Positions 1 to 14,001 of a stretch of DNA of 64,000 nt are shown here, piece after piece; the first letter of the stretch is position 1, and each line of letters begins with the position of its first letter. The stretch lies in the NCBI RefSeq assembly GCF_009914755.1, contig NC_060933.1. One strand, written 5' to 3'. The DNA is from the human T2T-CHM13v2.0 reference genome, Homo sapiens. The notes beneath the pieces are model-generated. The model did no database searches and was not told the origin of the DNA. It saw nothing but the letters and a program-made list of their open reading frames with translations. The translations under genes were made by a program, and so were the position numbers.

Positions 1-333
1 TCGGGTTGATTCCATTCCATTCCATTCCGGATGATTCCATTCCATTGCATTCCGTTCCATTTCATTCCCCTGCACTCGCGTTGATTCCATTCCATTCCAT
101 TCCATTACATTACATTCCATTCCATTACAATTCGCTCCATTCCATTCTATTCCGTACCATTCCATTCCATTCCATACCATTCCATTCCATTCCATTCCGT
201 TCCATTCCGTTCCATTCCATTCCATTCCATTCTATTCGGATTAATTCCATTCCATTCCATTCCATTCCATTCTATTCCATTCCATTGCAATCGAGTTGAA
301 TCCATTGCATTTCATTCCATTCCATTCCATTCC

Positions 334-348
334 ATTCCGGAAGATTCC
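334..348. promoter_or_regulatory. Perfect 3-pentamer heat-shock element match (aTTCc-gGAAg-aTTCc); first of ~50 in the window
   Basis: attccggaagattcc = nTTCn nGAAn nTTCn, the canonical inverted-pentamer HSF site. The motif match is certain; binding is not shown. Confidence 0.5.
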
Positions 349-1631
349 ATTCCATTGCATTCCGTTCCATTACATTCCCCTGCACTCGCGTTGATTCCAT
401 TCCATTCCATTCCATTCCATTCCATTCAATTCCATTCCGTTCCGTTCCATTCCATTCCATTCCATTCCATTCCATTCCGTTCCGTTCCGTTCCGTTCCAT
501 TCCATTCCATTCCATTCTATTCGGGTTAATTCCATTCCATTCCATTCGATTGCAATCGAGTTGATTCAATTCCATTCCATTCCATTCCATTCCATTCCGT
601 TCCATTCCATTCCTTTCCATTCCATTACGGATGATTCCATTCCATTGCATTCCATTCCATTCCATTCCCCTGTACTCGGGTTGATTCCATTCCATTCCAT
701 TCCAATCCATGCCATTCCACTCGTGTTGATTCCATTCTTTCCATTCCATTCAAGTTGAATCCATTCCGTTGCATTCCATTCCATTCGATTCCATTCGATT
801 GCACTCGGGTTGATTCCATTCCATTGCATTCCATTCCATTCCATTCCATTCCATTCCATTCCATTCCATTCTTTTCCATTCCATTTCATTACATTCAGAT
901 TGATTCTATTCAATTCCCTTACACTCCATTATATTCCAATCCATTCTGGTTGTTTCCATTCCATTCCATTCCATTTCACTCCATTCCATTTCACTCGGGT
1001 TGATTCCATTCTATTCCATTCCATTGCATTCCATTCCATTCCATTCTGGATGATTCCATTCCATTGCATTCCTTTCCATTCCATTCCCCTGCACTCGGGT
1101 TGATTCCATTCCATTCCTTTCCATTACATTCCGTTCCATTCCATTCCATTCCATTCGGATTGATTCTATTCAATTCCCTTACACTCCATTACATTCCATT
1201 CCATTTGGGTAGTTTCCTTTCCATTCCATTCCATTCCTCTCCATTCCATTGCACTCGGGTTGATTCCATTGCATTCCATTCCATTCCATTACATTGCATT
1301 ACATTACATTCCGTTCCATTGTACTCGGGTTGATTCCATTCCATTGCATTCCATTCCATTCCATTCCATTCCATTCCATTCCATTCCATTCCATTCCGTT
1401 CCATTCCATTACATTCGGATTGATTCTATTCAACTCCCTAACTCTCCATTCCATTCCATTCCATTCCATTCAATTCCATTCCGTTCCATTCCATTCCATT
1501 ACATTCGGATTGATTCTATTCAACTCCCTTACTCTCCATTACATTCGATTCCATTCGGGTTGTTGCATTCCATTCCATTCCATTCCACTCCATTCCATTG
1601 CACTCGGGTTGATTCCATTCCATTCCATTCC

Positions 1632-1646
1632 ATTCCGGAATATTCC
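1632..1646. promoter_or_regulatory. Heat-shock element match, variant aTTCc-gGAAt-aTTCc
   Basis: attccggaatattcc, also at ~37257-37271 in A'. Motif match only. Confidence 0.45.
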
Positions 1647-4600
1647 ATTCCATTACATTCCATTACATTCCATTCCCCTGCACTCGTGTTGATTCCATTC
1701 CATTCCATTCCATTCCATTCCATTCAATTCCATTCCTTTCCGTTCCATTCCATTCCATTCCATTCCGTTCCGTTCCATTCCATTCCATTACATTCGGATT
1801 GATTCAATTCTATTCCCTTACACTCCATTACATTCCATTCCATTCGGGTAGTTTCCATTCCATTCCATTCCATTCCTCTCCTTTCCATTGCACTCGGGTT
1901 GATTCCATTCCATTGCATTCCATTCCATTCCATTCAATTCCATTCCGTTCCATTCCATTCCATTACATTCGGATTGATTCTATTCAACTCCCTTACTCTC
2001 CATTCCATTCCATTCCATTCGGGTTGTTCCATTCCATTCCATTCCATTCCACTCCATTCCATTGCACTCGGGTTGATTCCATTCCATTCCATTCCATTCC
2101 ATTCCATTCCATTCCATTCCGGAAGATTCCATTCCATTGCATTCCATTCCATTCCATTCCCCTGCACTCGCGTTGATTCCATTCTATTCCATTCTATTCC
2201 ATTCCATTCCCTTCCTTTCCGTTCCATTCCATTCCATTCCTTTCCATTCCATTCCATTCCGTTCCGTTCCTTTCCATTCCATTACGGATGATTCCATTCC
2301 ATTGCATTCCATTCCATTCCATTCCCCTGCACTCGGGTTGATTCCATTCCATTCCATTCCATTACATTCCGTTCCATTCCATTCCATTCCATTCGGATTG
2401 ATTCTATTCAATTCCCTTACACTCCATTACATTCCATTCCATTCGGGTAGTTTCCATTCCATTCCATTCCATTCCTCTCCATTCCATTGCACTCGGGTTG
2501 ATTCCATTCCATTCCATTCCATTCCATTCCATTACATTACATTACATTACCTTCCATTCCATTCCGTTCCATTGTACTCGGGTTGATTCCATTCCATTGC
2601 ATTCCTTTGCGTTCCATTCGATTACATTCGGATTGATTCTATTCAACTCCCTTACTCTCCATTACATTCCATTCCATTCGGGTTGTTCCATTCCATTCCA
2701 TTCCATTCCACTCCATTCCATTGCACTCGGGTTGATTCCATTCCATTCCATTCCATTCCATTCCATTCCATTCCATTCCTTTCCATTCCATTACGGATGA
2801 TTCCATTCCATTGCATTCCATTCCATTCCATTCCTCTGTACTCGGGTTGATTCCATTCCATTCCATTCCAATCCATGCCATTCCACTCGTGTTGATTCCA
2901 TTCTTTCCATTCCATTCATGTTGAATCCATTCCGTTGCATTCCATTCCATTGGATTCCATTCGATTGCACTCGGGTTGGTTCCATTTCATTGCATTCCAT
3001 TCCATTCCATTCCATTCCATTCCATTCCATTCCGTTCCATTCCATTCCATTACATTCGGATTGATTCTATTCAATTCCCTTACACTCCATTACATTCCAT
3101 TCCGTTCGGGTAGTTTCCATTCCATTCCATTCCATTCGTCTCCATTCCATTGCACTTGGGTTGATTCCATTCCATTGCATTCCATTCCATTCCATTCCAT
3201 TCTATTCCATTCCATTCCGTTCCTTCCGATCCATTCCATTCTATTCCATTCTATTCGGGTTAATTCCATTCCATTCCATTCCATTCCATTCCATTCTATT
3301 CCATTCCATTGCAATCGAGTTGAATCCATTGCATTTCATTCCATTCCATTCCATTCCATTCCATTCCGGAAGATTCCATTCCATTGCATTCCATTCCATT
3401 CCATTCCCCTGCACTCGCGTTGATTCCATTCCATTCCATTCCATTCCATTCCATTCGGTTCCGTTCCATTCCATTCCATTCCATTCCATTCCGTTCCGTT
3501 CCATTCCTTTCCATTCCATTCTATTCGTGTTAATTCCATTCCATTCCATTCGATTGCAATCGAGTTGATTCCATTCCATTCCATTCCATTCCATTCCATT
3601 CCATTCCATTCCATTCCTTTCCATTCCATTACGGATGATTCCATTCCATTGCATTCCATTCCATTCCATTCCCCTGTACTCGGGTTGATTCCATTCCATT
3701 CCATTCCAATCCTTGCCATTCCACTCGTGTTGATTCCATTCTTTCCATTCCATTCAAGTTGAATCCATCCCATTGCATTCCATTCCATTCGATTCCATTC
3801 GATTGCACTCGGGTTGATTCCATTCCATTGCATTCCATTCCATTCCATTCCATTCCATTCCATTCCATTCCGTTCCATTCCATTTCTTTACATTCAGATT
3901 GATTCTATTCAATTCCCTTACACTCCATTATATTCCAATCCATTCTGGTTGTTTCCATTCCATTCCATTCCATTTCACTCCATTCCATTGCACTCGGGTT
4001 GATTCCATTCCATTCTATTCCATTGCATTCCATTCCGTTCCATTCCGGATGATTCCATTCCATTGCATTCCTTTCCATTCCATTCCCCTGCAATCGGGTT
4101 GATTCCATTCCATTCCATTACATTACATTCCGTTCCATTCCATTCCATTCCATTCGGATTGATTGTATTCAATTCCCTTACACTCCATTTCATTCCATTC
4201 TATTCGGGTAGTTTCCATTCCATTCCATTCCATTCCTCTCCATTCCATTGCACTCGGGTTGATTCCATTCCATTCCATTCCATTCCATTCCATTCCATTC
4301 CATTACATTACATTACATTCCTTTCCATTGTACTCGGTTTGATTCCATTCCATTGCATTCCATTCCATTCCATTCCATTCCATTCCATTCCATTCCATTC
4401 CGTTCCATTCCATTACATTCGGATTGATTCTATTCAACTCCCTAACTCTCCATTACATTCCATTCCATTCGGGTTGTTCCATTCCATTCCATTCCATTCC
4501 ACTCCATTCCATTGCACTCGGGTTGATTCCATTCCATTCCATTCCATTCAATTCCATTCCATTCCATTCCGGATGATTCCATTCCATTGCATTCCGTTCC

Positions 4601-5596
4601 ATTACATTCCCCTGCATTCGGGTTGATTCCATTCCATTCCATTCGATTCCATTCCATTCGAATTCTTTCCTTTCCATTCTATTCCGTACCATTCCATTCC
4701 ATTCCATACAATTCCATTCCATTCACTTCCACTCCGTACCGTTCCGTTCCGTTCCGTTCCATTCCATTCCATTCCATTCTATTCGGTTTAATTCCATTCC
4801 TTTCCATTCCATTCCATTCTATTCCATTCCATTGCACTCGAGTTGCATCCATTGCATTCCATTCCATTCCATTCCATTCCATTCCATTCCATTCCATTCC
4901 GGAAGATTCCATTCCATTGCATTCCATTCCATTCCATTCCATTCCATTCCATTCCATTGTACTCGGGTTGATTCCATTCCATTGCATTCCATTCCATTCC
5001 ATTCCATTCCATTCCATTCCATTCCGTTCCATTCCATTCCATTACATTCGGATTGATTCTTTTCAACTCCCTTACTCTCCATTCCATTCCATTCCATTCC
5101 ATTCCATTCCATTCCGGAAGATTCCATTCCATTGCATTCCATTCCATTCCATTCCATTGTACTCGGGTGGATTCCATTCCATTGCATTCCATTCTATTCC
5201 TTTCCATTCCATTCCATTCCGTTCCATTCCATTGCATTACATTCGGATTGATTCTTTTCAACTCACTTACTCTCCATTACATTCCATTCCATTTGGGTTG
5301 TTCCATTCCATTCAATTCCCTTCCACTCCATTCCATTTCACTCGGGTTGATTCCATTCCATTCTATTCCATTGCATTCCGGGTGATTCCATTCCATTGCA
5401 TTCCGTTCCATTAGATTCCCCTGCACTCGGGTTGATTCCATTCCATTCCATTCCATTCCATTCCATTCCATTACATTCCCCTGCACTCGCGTTGATTCCA
5501 TTCCATTCCATTCCATTCCATTCCATTCCATTCCATTCCATTCCATTCCTTTCCATTCCAGTCCTTTCCATTCCATTCCACTCGGGTTGATTCCAT

Positions 5597-5705
5597 TCTA
5601 TTAGTTTCCATTCCATTCCATTCCCTTCCATTCCACTCTGGTTGATTCCATTCCTTTCCATTCCACTCGAATACATTCCCTCCTATTCCACTCGGAACGA
5701 TTCCA
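5597..5705 (+). repeat. ~110 bp high-complexity landmark cassette (tctattagtttcc...ctctggttgatt...ctcgaatacattccctcctattccactcggaacgatt); 15 copies in window
   Basis: Marked by the ORF family MIPFLSIPLEY.. starting at 5642, 9486, 13321, 16901, 22813, 26657, 30492, 34077, 35287, 41262, 45101, 48926, 52501, 57503 and 62207. Confidence 0.85.
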
Positions 5706-8700
5706 TTCCATTCCATTCCATTCAATTCCATTCCATTCCATTCCATTCCATTTCGTTCCATTCCATTCTATTCCGTATCATTCCATTCCATTCCATTCCA
5801 TTCCATTCCACTCGTGTTGATTCCATTCCTTTCCATTCCATTCGGTTTGAAGGCATTCCATTCCATTCCATTCCATTCCTTTCCATTCCATTCCATTCCA
5901 TTCCATTCTATTTTACTCGGGTTGATTCCATTCCGTTGCATTCCATTCCATTCCATTCCATTCCTTTCCATTCCGTTGCATTCCATTCCATTACATTCGG
6001 ATTGATTCTATTCAACTCCCTTACTCTCCATTACATTCCATTCCATTCGGGTTGTTCCATTCCATTCCATTCCATTCCACTCCATTCCATTGCACTCGGG
6101 TTGATTCCATTCCATTCCATTCCATTCCATTCCATTCCGGATGATTCCATTCCATTGCATTCCGTTCCTTTACATTCCCCTGCACTCGCGTTGATTCCAT
6201 TCCATTCCATTCAATTCCATTCCATTACACTTCGTTCCATTCCCTTCTATTCCGTACCATTCCATTCCATTCCATACCATTCCATTCCATTCCATTCCAT
6301 TCCATTCCATTCTGTTCCATTCCGTTCCATTCCATTCCATTCCATTCTATTCGGGTTAATTCCATTCCATTCCATTCCATTCCATTCCATTCCATTCTAT
6401 TCCATTCCATTGCAATCCAGTTGAATCCATTGCATTTCATTCCATTCCATTCCATTCTATTCAATTCCATTCCGTTCCATTCCATTCCATTACATTCGGA
6501 TTGATTCTATTCAACTCCCTTACTCTCCATTACATTCCATTCCATTCGGGTTGTTCCATTCCATTCCATTCCATTCCACTCCATTCCATTGCACTCGGGT
6601 TTATTCCATTCCATTCCATTCCATTCCATTCCATTCCATTCCATTCCGTTCCGTTCCATTCCATTCCATTCCATTCTATTCGGGTTAATTCCATTCCATT
6701 CCATTCCATTCCATTCCAATCGAGTTGATTCCATTCCATTCCATTCCATTCCACTCCATTCCAGTCCTTTCCATTCCATTCCACTCGGGTTGATTCCAAT
6801 GTATTCCTTTCCATTCCATTCCATTCCATTGCAATCGAGTTGATTCCATTGCTTTCAATTCCATTCCATTCCATTCCATTCCGGATGACTCCATTCCATT
6901 GCATTCCATTCCATTCCATTCTCCTGCACTCGGGTTGATTCCATTCCATTCAACTCCTTTCCGTTCCATTCCATTCCATTCCATTGTATTCGGGTTAATT
7001 CCATTCCATTCCATTCCATTCCATTCCATTCCATTACAATCGAGTTGATTCCATTCCATTCCATTCCATTCCTCTCCTTTCCATTGCACTCGGGTTGATT
7101 CCATTCCATTGCATTCCATTCCATTCCATTCAATTCCATTCCGTTCCATTCCATTCCATTACATTCGGATTGATTCTATTCAACTCCCTTACTCTCCATT
7201 ACATTCCATTCCATTCGGGTTGTTCCATTCCATTCCATTCCATTCCACTCCATTCCATTGCACTCGGGTTGATTCCATTCCATTCCATTCCATTCCATTC
7301 CATTCCATTCCGGAAGATTCCATTCCATTGCATTCCATTCCATTCCATTCCCCTGCACTCGCGTTGATTCCATTCTATTCCATTCTATTCCATTCCATTC
7401 CCTTCCTTTCCGTTCCATTCCATTCCATTCCTTTCCATTCCATTCCATTCCGTTCCGTTCCTTTCCATTCCATTACGGATGATTCCATTCCATTGCATTC
7501 CATTCCATTCCATTCCCCTGCACTCGGGTTGATTCCATTCCATTCCATTACATTCGGATTGATTCTATTCAACTCCCTTACTCTCCATTACATTCCATTC
7601 CATTCGGGTTGTTCCATTCCATTCCATTCCATTCCACTCCATTCCATTGCACTCGGGTTGATTCCATTCCATTCCATTCCATTCCATTCCATTCCATTCC
7701 AATCCGGATGATTCCATTCCATTGCATTCCGTTCCATTACATTCCCCTGCACTCGCGTTGATTCCATTCCATTCCATTCAATTCCATTCCATTACACTTC
7801 GCTCCATTCCATTCTATTCCGTACCATTCCATTCCATTCCATACCATTCCATTCCATTCCATTCCATTCCATTCCGTTCCATTCCGTTCCATTCCATTCC
7901 ATTCCATTCTATTCGAATTAATTCCATTCCATTCCATTCCATTCCATTCTATTCCATTCCATTGCAATCGAGTTGAATCCATTGCATTTCATTCCATTCC
8001 ATTCCATTCCATTCCATTCCGGAAGATTCCATTCCATTGCATTCCATTCTATTCCATTCCCCTGCACTCGCGTTGATTCCATTCCATTCCATTCTATTCC
8101 ATTCCATTCCCTTCCTTTCCGTTCCATTCCATTCCATTCCATTCCATTCCACTCCATTCCGTTCCGTTCCATTCCATTCCATTCCATTCTATTCGGGTTA
8201 ATTCCATTCCATTCCATTCGATTGCAATGGAGTTGATTCCATTCCATTCCATTCCATTCCATTCCATTCCATTCCTTTCCATTCCATTACGGATGATTCC
8301 ATTCCATTGCATTCCATTCCATTCCATTCCCCTGTACTCGGGTTGATTCCATTCCATTCCATTCCAATCCATGCCATTCCACTCGTGTTGATTCCATTCT
8401 TTCCATTCCATTCAAGTTGAATCCATTCCATTGCATTCCATTCCATTCGATTCCATTCGATTGCACTCGGGTTGATTCCATTTCATTGCATTCCATTCCA
8501 TTCCATTCCATTCCATTCCATTCCGTTCCATTCCATTCCATTACATTCGGATTGATTCTATTCAATTCCCTTACACTCCATTACATTCCATTCCATTCGT
8601 GTAGTTTCCATTCCATTCCATTCCATTCCTCTCCATTCCATTGAACTCGGGTTGATTCCATTCCATTGCATTCCATTCCATTCCATTCAATTCCATTCCG

Positions 8701-10700
8701 TTCCATTCCATTCCATTACATTCGGATTGATTCTATTCAACTCCCTTACTCTCCATTACATTCCATTCCATTCGGGTTGTTCCATTCCATTCCATTCCAT
8801 TCCACTCCATTCCATTGCACTCGGGTTTATTCCATTCCATTCCATTCCATTCCATTCCATTCCATTCCATTCCGGAAGATTCCATTCCATTGCATTCCAT
8901 TCCATTCCATTCCCCTGCACTCGCGTTGATTCCATTCCATTACATTCCATTCCATTCCATTCCATTCCATTCCTTTTCGTTCCAATCCATTCCATTCCAT
9001 TCCATTCCATTCCATTCCATTCCATTCCAATCGAGTTGATTCCATTCCATTCCATTCCATTCCATTCCACTCCATTCCAGTCCTTTCCATTCCATTACAC
9101 TCGGGTTGATTCCAATGTATTCCTTTCCACTCCATTCCATTCCATTGCAATCGAGTTGACTCCATTGCTTTGCATTCCATTCCATTCCATTCCATTCGGG
9201 ATGATTCCATTCCATTGCATTCCATTCCATTCCATTCCCCTGCACTCGGGTTGATTCCATTCCATTCCACTCCATTCCGTTCCATTCCATTCCATTGCAT
9301 TGTATTCGGGTTAATTCCATTCCATTCCATTCCATTCCATTCCATTCCATTCCATTCCATTCCATTACAATCGAGTTGATTCCATTCCATTCCATTCCAT
9401 TCCAGTCCTTTCCATTCCATTCCACTCGGGTTGATTCCATTCTATTAGTTTCCATTCCATTCCATTCCCTTCCATTCCACTCTGGTTGATTCCATTCCTT
9501 TCCATTCCACTCGAATACATTTCCTCCTATTCCACTCGGAACGATTCCATTCCATTCCATTCCATTCCATTTCGTTCCATTCCATTCTATTCCGTATCAT
9601 TCCATTCCATTCCATTCCATTCCATTCCCCTGCAGTCGGGTTGTTTCCATTCCATTCCATTCCCTTCCATTCCATTCCATTCCATTCCATTCCGTTCCGT
9701 TCCATTCCATTCCATTCCATTCTATTCGGGTTAATTCCATTCCATTCCATTCCATTCCATTCCATTCCAATCGAGTTGATTCCATTCCATTCCATTCCAT
9801 TCCATTCCACTCCATTCCAGTCCTTTCCATTCCATTCCACTCGGGTTGATTCCAATGTATTCCTTTCCATTCCATTCCATTCCATTGCAATCGAGTTGAT
9901 TCCATTGCTTTGCATTCCATTCCATTCCATTTCATTCCGGATGATTCCATTCCATTGCATTCCATTCCATTCCATTCCTCTCCATTCCATTGCACTCGGG
10001 TTGATTGCATTCCATTCCATTCCATTCCGTTACATTACATTACATTACATTACATTCCGTTCCATTGTACTCGGGTTGATTCCATTCCATTGCATTCCAT
10101 TCCATTCCATTCCATTCCATTCCATTCCATTCCATTCCATTCCATTCCATTCCGTTCCATTCCATTACATTCGGATTGATTCTATTCAACTCCCTTACTC
10201 TCCATTACATTCCATTCCATTCGGGTTGTTCCATTCCATTCCATTCCATTCAACTCCATTCCATTGCGCTCGGGTTGATTCCATTCCATTCCATTCCATT
10301 CCATTCCATTCCATTCCATTCCATTCCGGATTATTCCATTCCATTGCATTCCGTTCCATTACATTCCCCTGCACTCGGGTTGATTCCATTCCATTCCATT
10401 CCATTCCATTCCATTCCATTCCATTCTATTCCATTCCAATTCTTTCCATTCCATTCTATTCCGTAGCATTCCATTCCATTCCATACAATTCCATTGCATT
10501 CCATTCTACTCCGTTCCGTTCCGTTCCGTTCTGTTCCTTTCCATTCCATTCCATTCCATTCTATTCGGTTTAACTCCATTCCATTCCATTCCATTCCATT
10601 CCATTCTATTCCATTCCATTGCAATCGAGTTGAATCCATTGCATTCCATTCCATTCCATTCCATTCCATTCCATTCCGGAAGATTCCATTCCATTGTATT

Positions 10701-10780
10701 CCATTCCATTCCATTCCATTCCATTCCATTCCATTCCATTCCATTCCATTCCATTCCATTCCATTCCATTCCATTCCATT
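10701..10780 (+). repeat. Longest perfect pentamer run noticed, (CCATT)16
   Basis: Between gtatt (10696) and gtactcggg (10781). Same length in B' (~27872-27951) and one unit shorter in B'' (46316-46390). Confidence 0.75.
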
Positions 10781-13700
10781 GTACTCGGGTTGATTCCATT
10801 CCATTGCATTCCATTCCATTCCATTCCATTCCGTTCCATTCCATTCCATTACATTCGGATTGATTCTTTTCAACTCCCTTACTCTCCATTACATTCCATT
10901 CCATTCGGGTTGTTCCATTCCATTCCATTCCATTCCACTCCATTCCATTGCACTCATGTTGATTCCATTCCATTCCATTCCGGATGATTCCATTCCATTG
11001 CATTCCGTTCCATTACATTCCCCTGCACTCGGGTTGATTCCATTCCATTCCTTTCCATTCCATTCGATTCCATTCCATTCCCCTGCACTCGCGTTGATTC
11101 CATTCCATTCCATTCCATTCCATTCCATTCCATTCCATTCCATTCCTTTCCGTTCCATTCCATTCCATTCCATTCCATTCCGTTCCGTTCCATTCCATTC
11201 CATTCCATTCTATTCGGGTTAATTCCATTCCATTCCATTCGATTGCAATCGAGTTGATTCCATTCCATTCCATTCCATTCCATTCCATTCCATTCCAGTC
11301 CTTTCCATTCCTTTCCATTACATTACTGATGATTCCATTCTATTGCATTCCATTCCATTCCATTCCCCTGTACTCGGGTTGATTCCATTCCATTCCATTA
11401 AAATCCATGCCATTCCACTCGTGTTGATTCCATGCTTTCCTTTCCATTCAAGTTGAATCCATTCCATTGCATTCCATTCCATTCGATTCCATTCGATTGC
11501 ACTCGGGTTGATTCCATTCCATTGCATTCCATTCCATTCCATTCAATTCCATTCCGTTCCATTAAATTTCATTACATTCAGATTGATTCTTTTCAGTTCC
11601 CTTACACTCCATTATATTCCAATCCATTCTGGTTGTTTCCATTCCATTCCATTCCATTTCACTCCATTCCATTGCACTCGGGTTGATTCCATTCCATTGC
11701 ATTCCATTGCATTCCATTCCATTCCATTCCGGATGATTCCATTCCATTTCATTCCATTCCATTCCATTCCCCTGCACTCGGGTTGATTCCATTCCATTCC
11801 ATTCCATTACATTCCGTTCCATTCCATTCCATTCCATTCGGATTGATTCTATTCAATTCCCTTACACTCCATTACATTCCATTCCATTCGGGTAGTTTCC
11901 ATTCCATTCCATTCCATTCCTCTCCATTCCAATGCACTCGGGTTGATTCCATTCCATTCCATTCCATTCCATTCCATTCCATTCCATTACATTACATTCC
12001 ATTCCATTCCGTTCCATTGTACTCGGGTTGATTCCATTCCATTGCATTCCATTCCATTCCATTCCATTCCATTCCATTCCATTCCATTCCATTCGTATTG
12101 ATTCTATTCAACTCCCTTACTCGCCATTACATTCCATTCCATTCGGGTTGTTCCATTCGATTCCATTCCATTCCACTCCATTCCATTGCACTCGGGTTGA
12201 TTGCATTCCATTCCATTCCACTCCATTCCATTCCATTCCATTCCATTCCGGATGATTCCATTCCATTGCATTCCGTTCCATTACATTCCCCTGCACTCGG
12301 GTTGATTCCATTCCATTCCATTCCATTCCATTCGATTCCATTCCATTCCAATTCTTTCCATTCCATTCTATTCCGTACCATGCCATTCCATTCCATACAA
12401 TTCCATTCCATTCCATTCCACTCTGTTCCGTTCCGTTCCGTTCCGTTCCGTTCCATTCCATTCCATTCCATTCTATTCGGGTTAATTCCATTCCATTCCA
12501 TTCGATTGCAATCGAGTTGATTCCATTCCATTCCATTCCATTCCATTCCATTCCATTCCTTTCCATTCCATTACGGATGATTCCATTCCATTGCATTCCA
12601 TTCCATTCCATTCCCCTGTACTCGGGTTGATTCCATTCCATTCCATTCCAATCCATGCCATTCCACTCGTGTTGATTCCATTCTTTCCATTCCATTCAAG
12701 TTGAATCCATTCCATTGCCTTCCATTCCATTCCATTCCCCTGCAGTCTGGTTGATTCCATTCCATTCCATTCCATTCCATTCCATTCCATTCCATTCCGT
12801 TCCGTTCCATTCCATTCCATTCCATTCTTTTCGGGTTAATTCCATTCCATTCCATTCCATTCCATTCCAATCGAGTTGATTAAATTCCATTCCATTCCAT
12901 TCCATTCCACTCCATTCCAGTCCTTTCCATTCCATTCCACTCGGGTTGATTCCAATGTATTCCTTTCCATTCCATTCCATTCCATTGCAATCGAGTTGAT
13001 TCCATTGCTTTGCATTCCATTCGATTCCATTCCATTCCGGATGATTCCATTCCATTGCATTCCATTCCATTCCATTCCCCTGCACTCGGGTTGATTCCAT
13101 TCCATTCCACTCCATTCCGTTCCATTCCATTCCATTCCAGTGTATTCGGGTTAATTCCATTCCATTCCATTCCATTCCATTCCATTCCATTCCATTCCAT
13201 TACAATCGAGTTGATTCCATTCCATTCCATTCCATTCCAGTCCTTTCCATTCCATTCCACTCGGGTTGATTCCATTCTATTAGATTCCATTCCATTCCAT
13301 TCCCTTCCATTCCACTCTGGTTGATACCATTCCTTTCCATTCCACTCGAATACATTCCCTCCTATTCCACTCGGAACGATTCCATTCCATTGCATTCCAT
13401 TCCATTCCATTTCGTTCCATTCCATTCTATTCCGTATCTTTCCATTCCATTCCATTCCATTCCATTCCATTCCATTCCATTCCATTGTACTCGGGTTGAT
13501 TCAATTCCATTGTATTCCATTCCATTCCATTCCATTCCATTCCGTTGCATTCCATTCCATTACATTCGGATTGATTCTATTCAACTCCCTTACTCTCCAT
13601 TACATTCCATTCCATTCGGGTTGTTCCATTCCATTCCATTCCATTCCATTCCATTCCATTCCATTCTATTCGGATTAATTCCATTCCATTCCATTCCATT

Positions 13701-13986
13701 CCATTCTATTCCATTCCATTGCAATCGAGTTGAATCCATTGCATTTCATTCCATTCCATTCCATTCCATTCCATTCCATTCCATTCCAATCCGGAAGATT
13801 CCATTCCATTGCATTCCATTCCATTCCATTCCCCTGCACTCGCGTTCATTCCATTCCATTCCATTCCATTCCATTCCATTCCATTCGGGTTGTTCCATTC
13901 CATTCCATTCCATTCCACTCCATTCCATTGCACTCGGGTTTATTCCATTCCATTCCATTCCATTCCATTCCATTCTATTCCATTCC

Positions 13987-14001
13987 ATTCCAGAAGATTC
14001 C
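13987..14001. promoter_or_regulatory. Heat-shock element match, CpG-decayed variant aTTCc-aGAAg-aTTCc
   Basis: attccagaagattcc, also at ~31158 and ~49592. The substitution falls on an n position, so the consensus is kept. Motif match only. Confidence 0.45.

Larger units (their letters stand above)
1..3300 (+). repeat. Block A (HSat3 sub-block, copy 1)
   Basis: Diagnostic motifs ccggaatattcc (1635), ctttgcgttccattcgattac (~2605) and tccttccgatcc (3221) recur only in A' (37260, ~38230, 38846). Confidence 0.85.

Noticed and set aside
4656-4666. Short palindromes (ttcgaattc, ggtacc at ~17033, ctcgag at ~4837) as hairpins or terminators
   Set aside because: They are only 6-9 bp long and come from single substitutions in the repeat. 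Useful as restriction markers only.
5840-5860. Rare word cggtttgaaggcattcc as a possible foreign insertion
   Set aside because: It keeps the 5-bp register exactly and reads as a mutated cgggttgattccattcc. It recurs with its cassette (17112, 23014, 34288, 41463, 52712, 57714, 62418).
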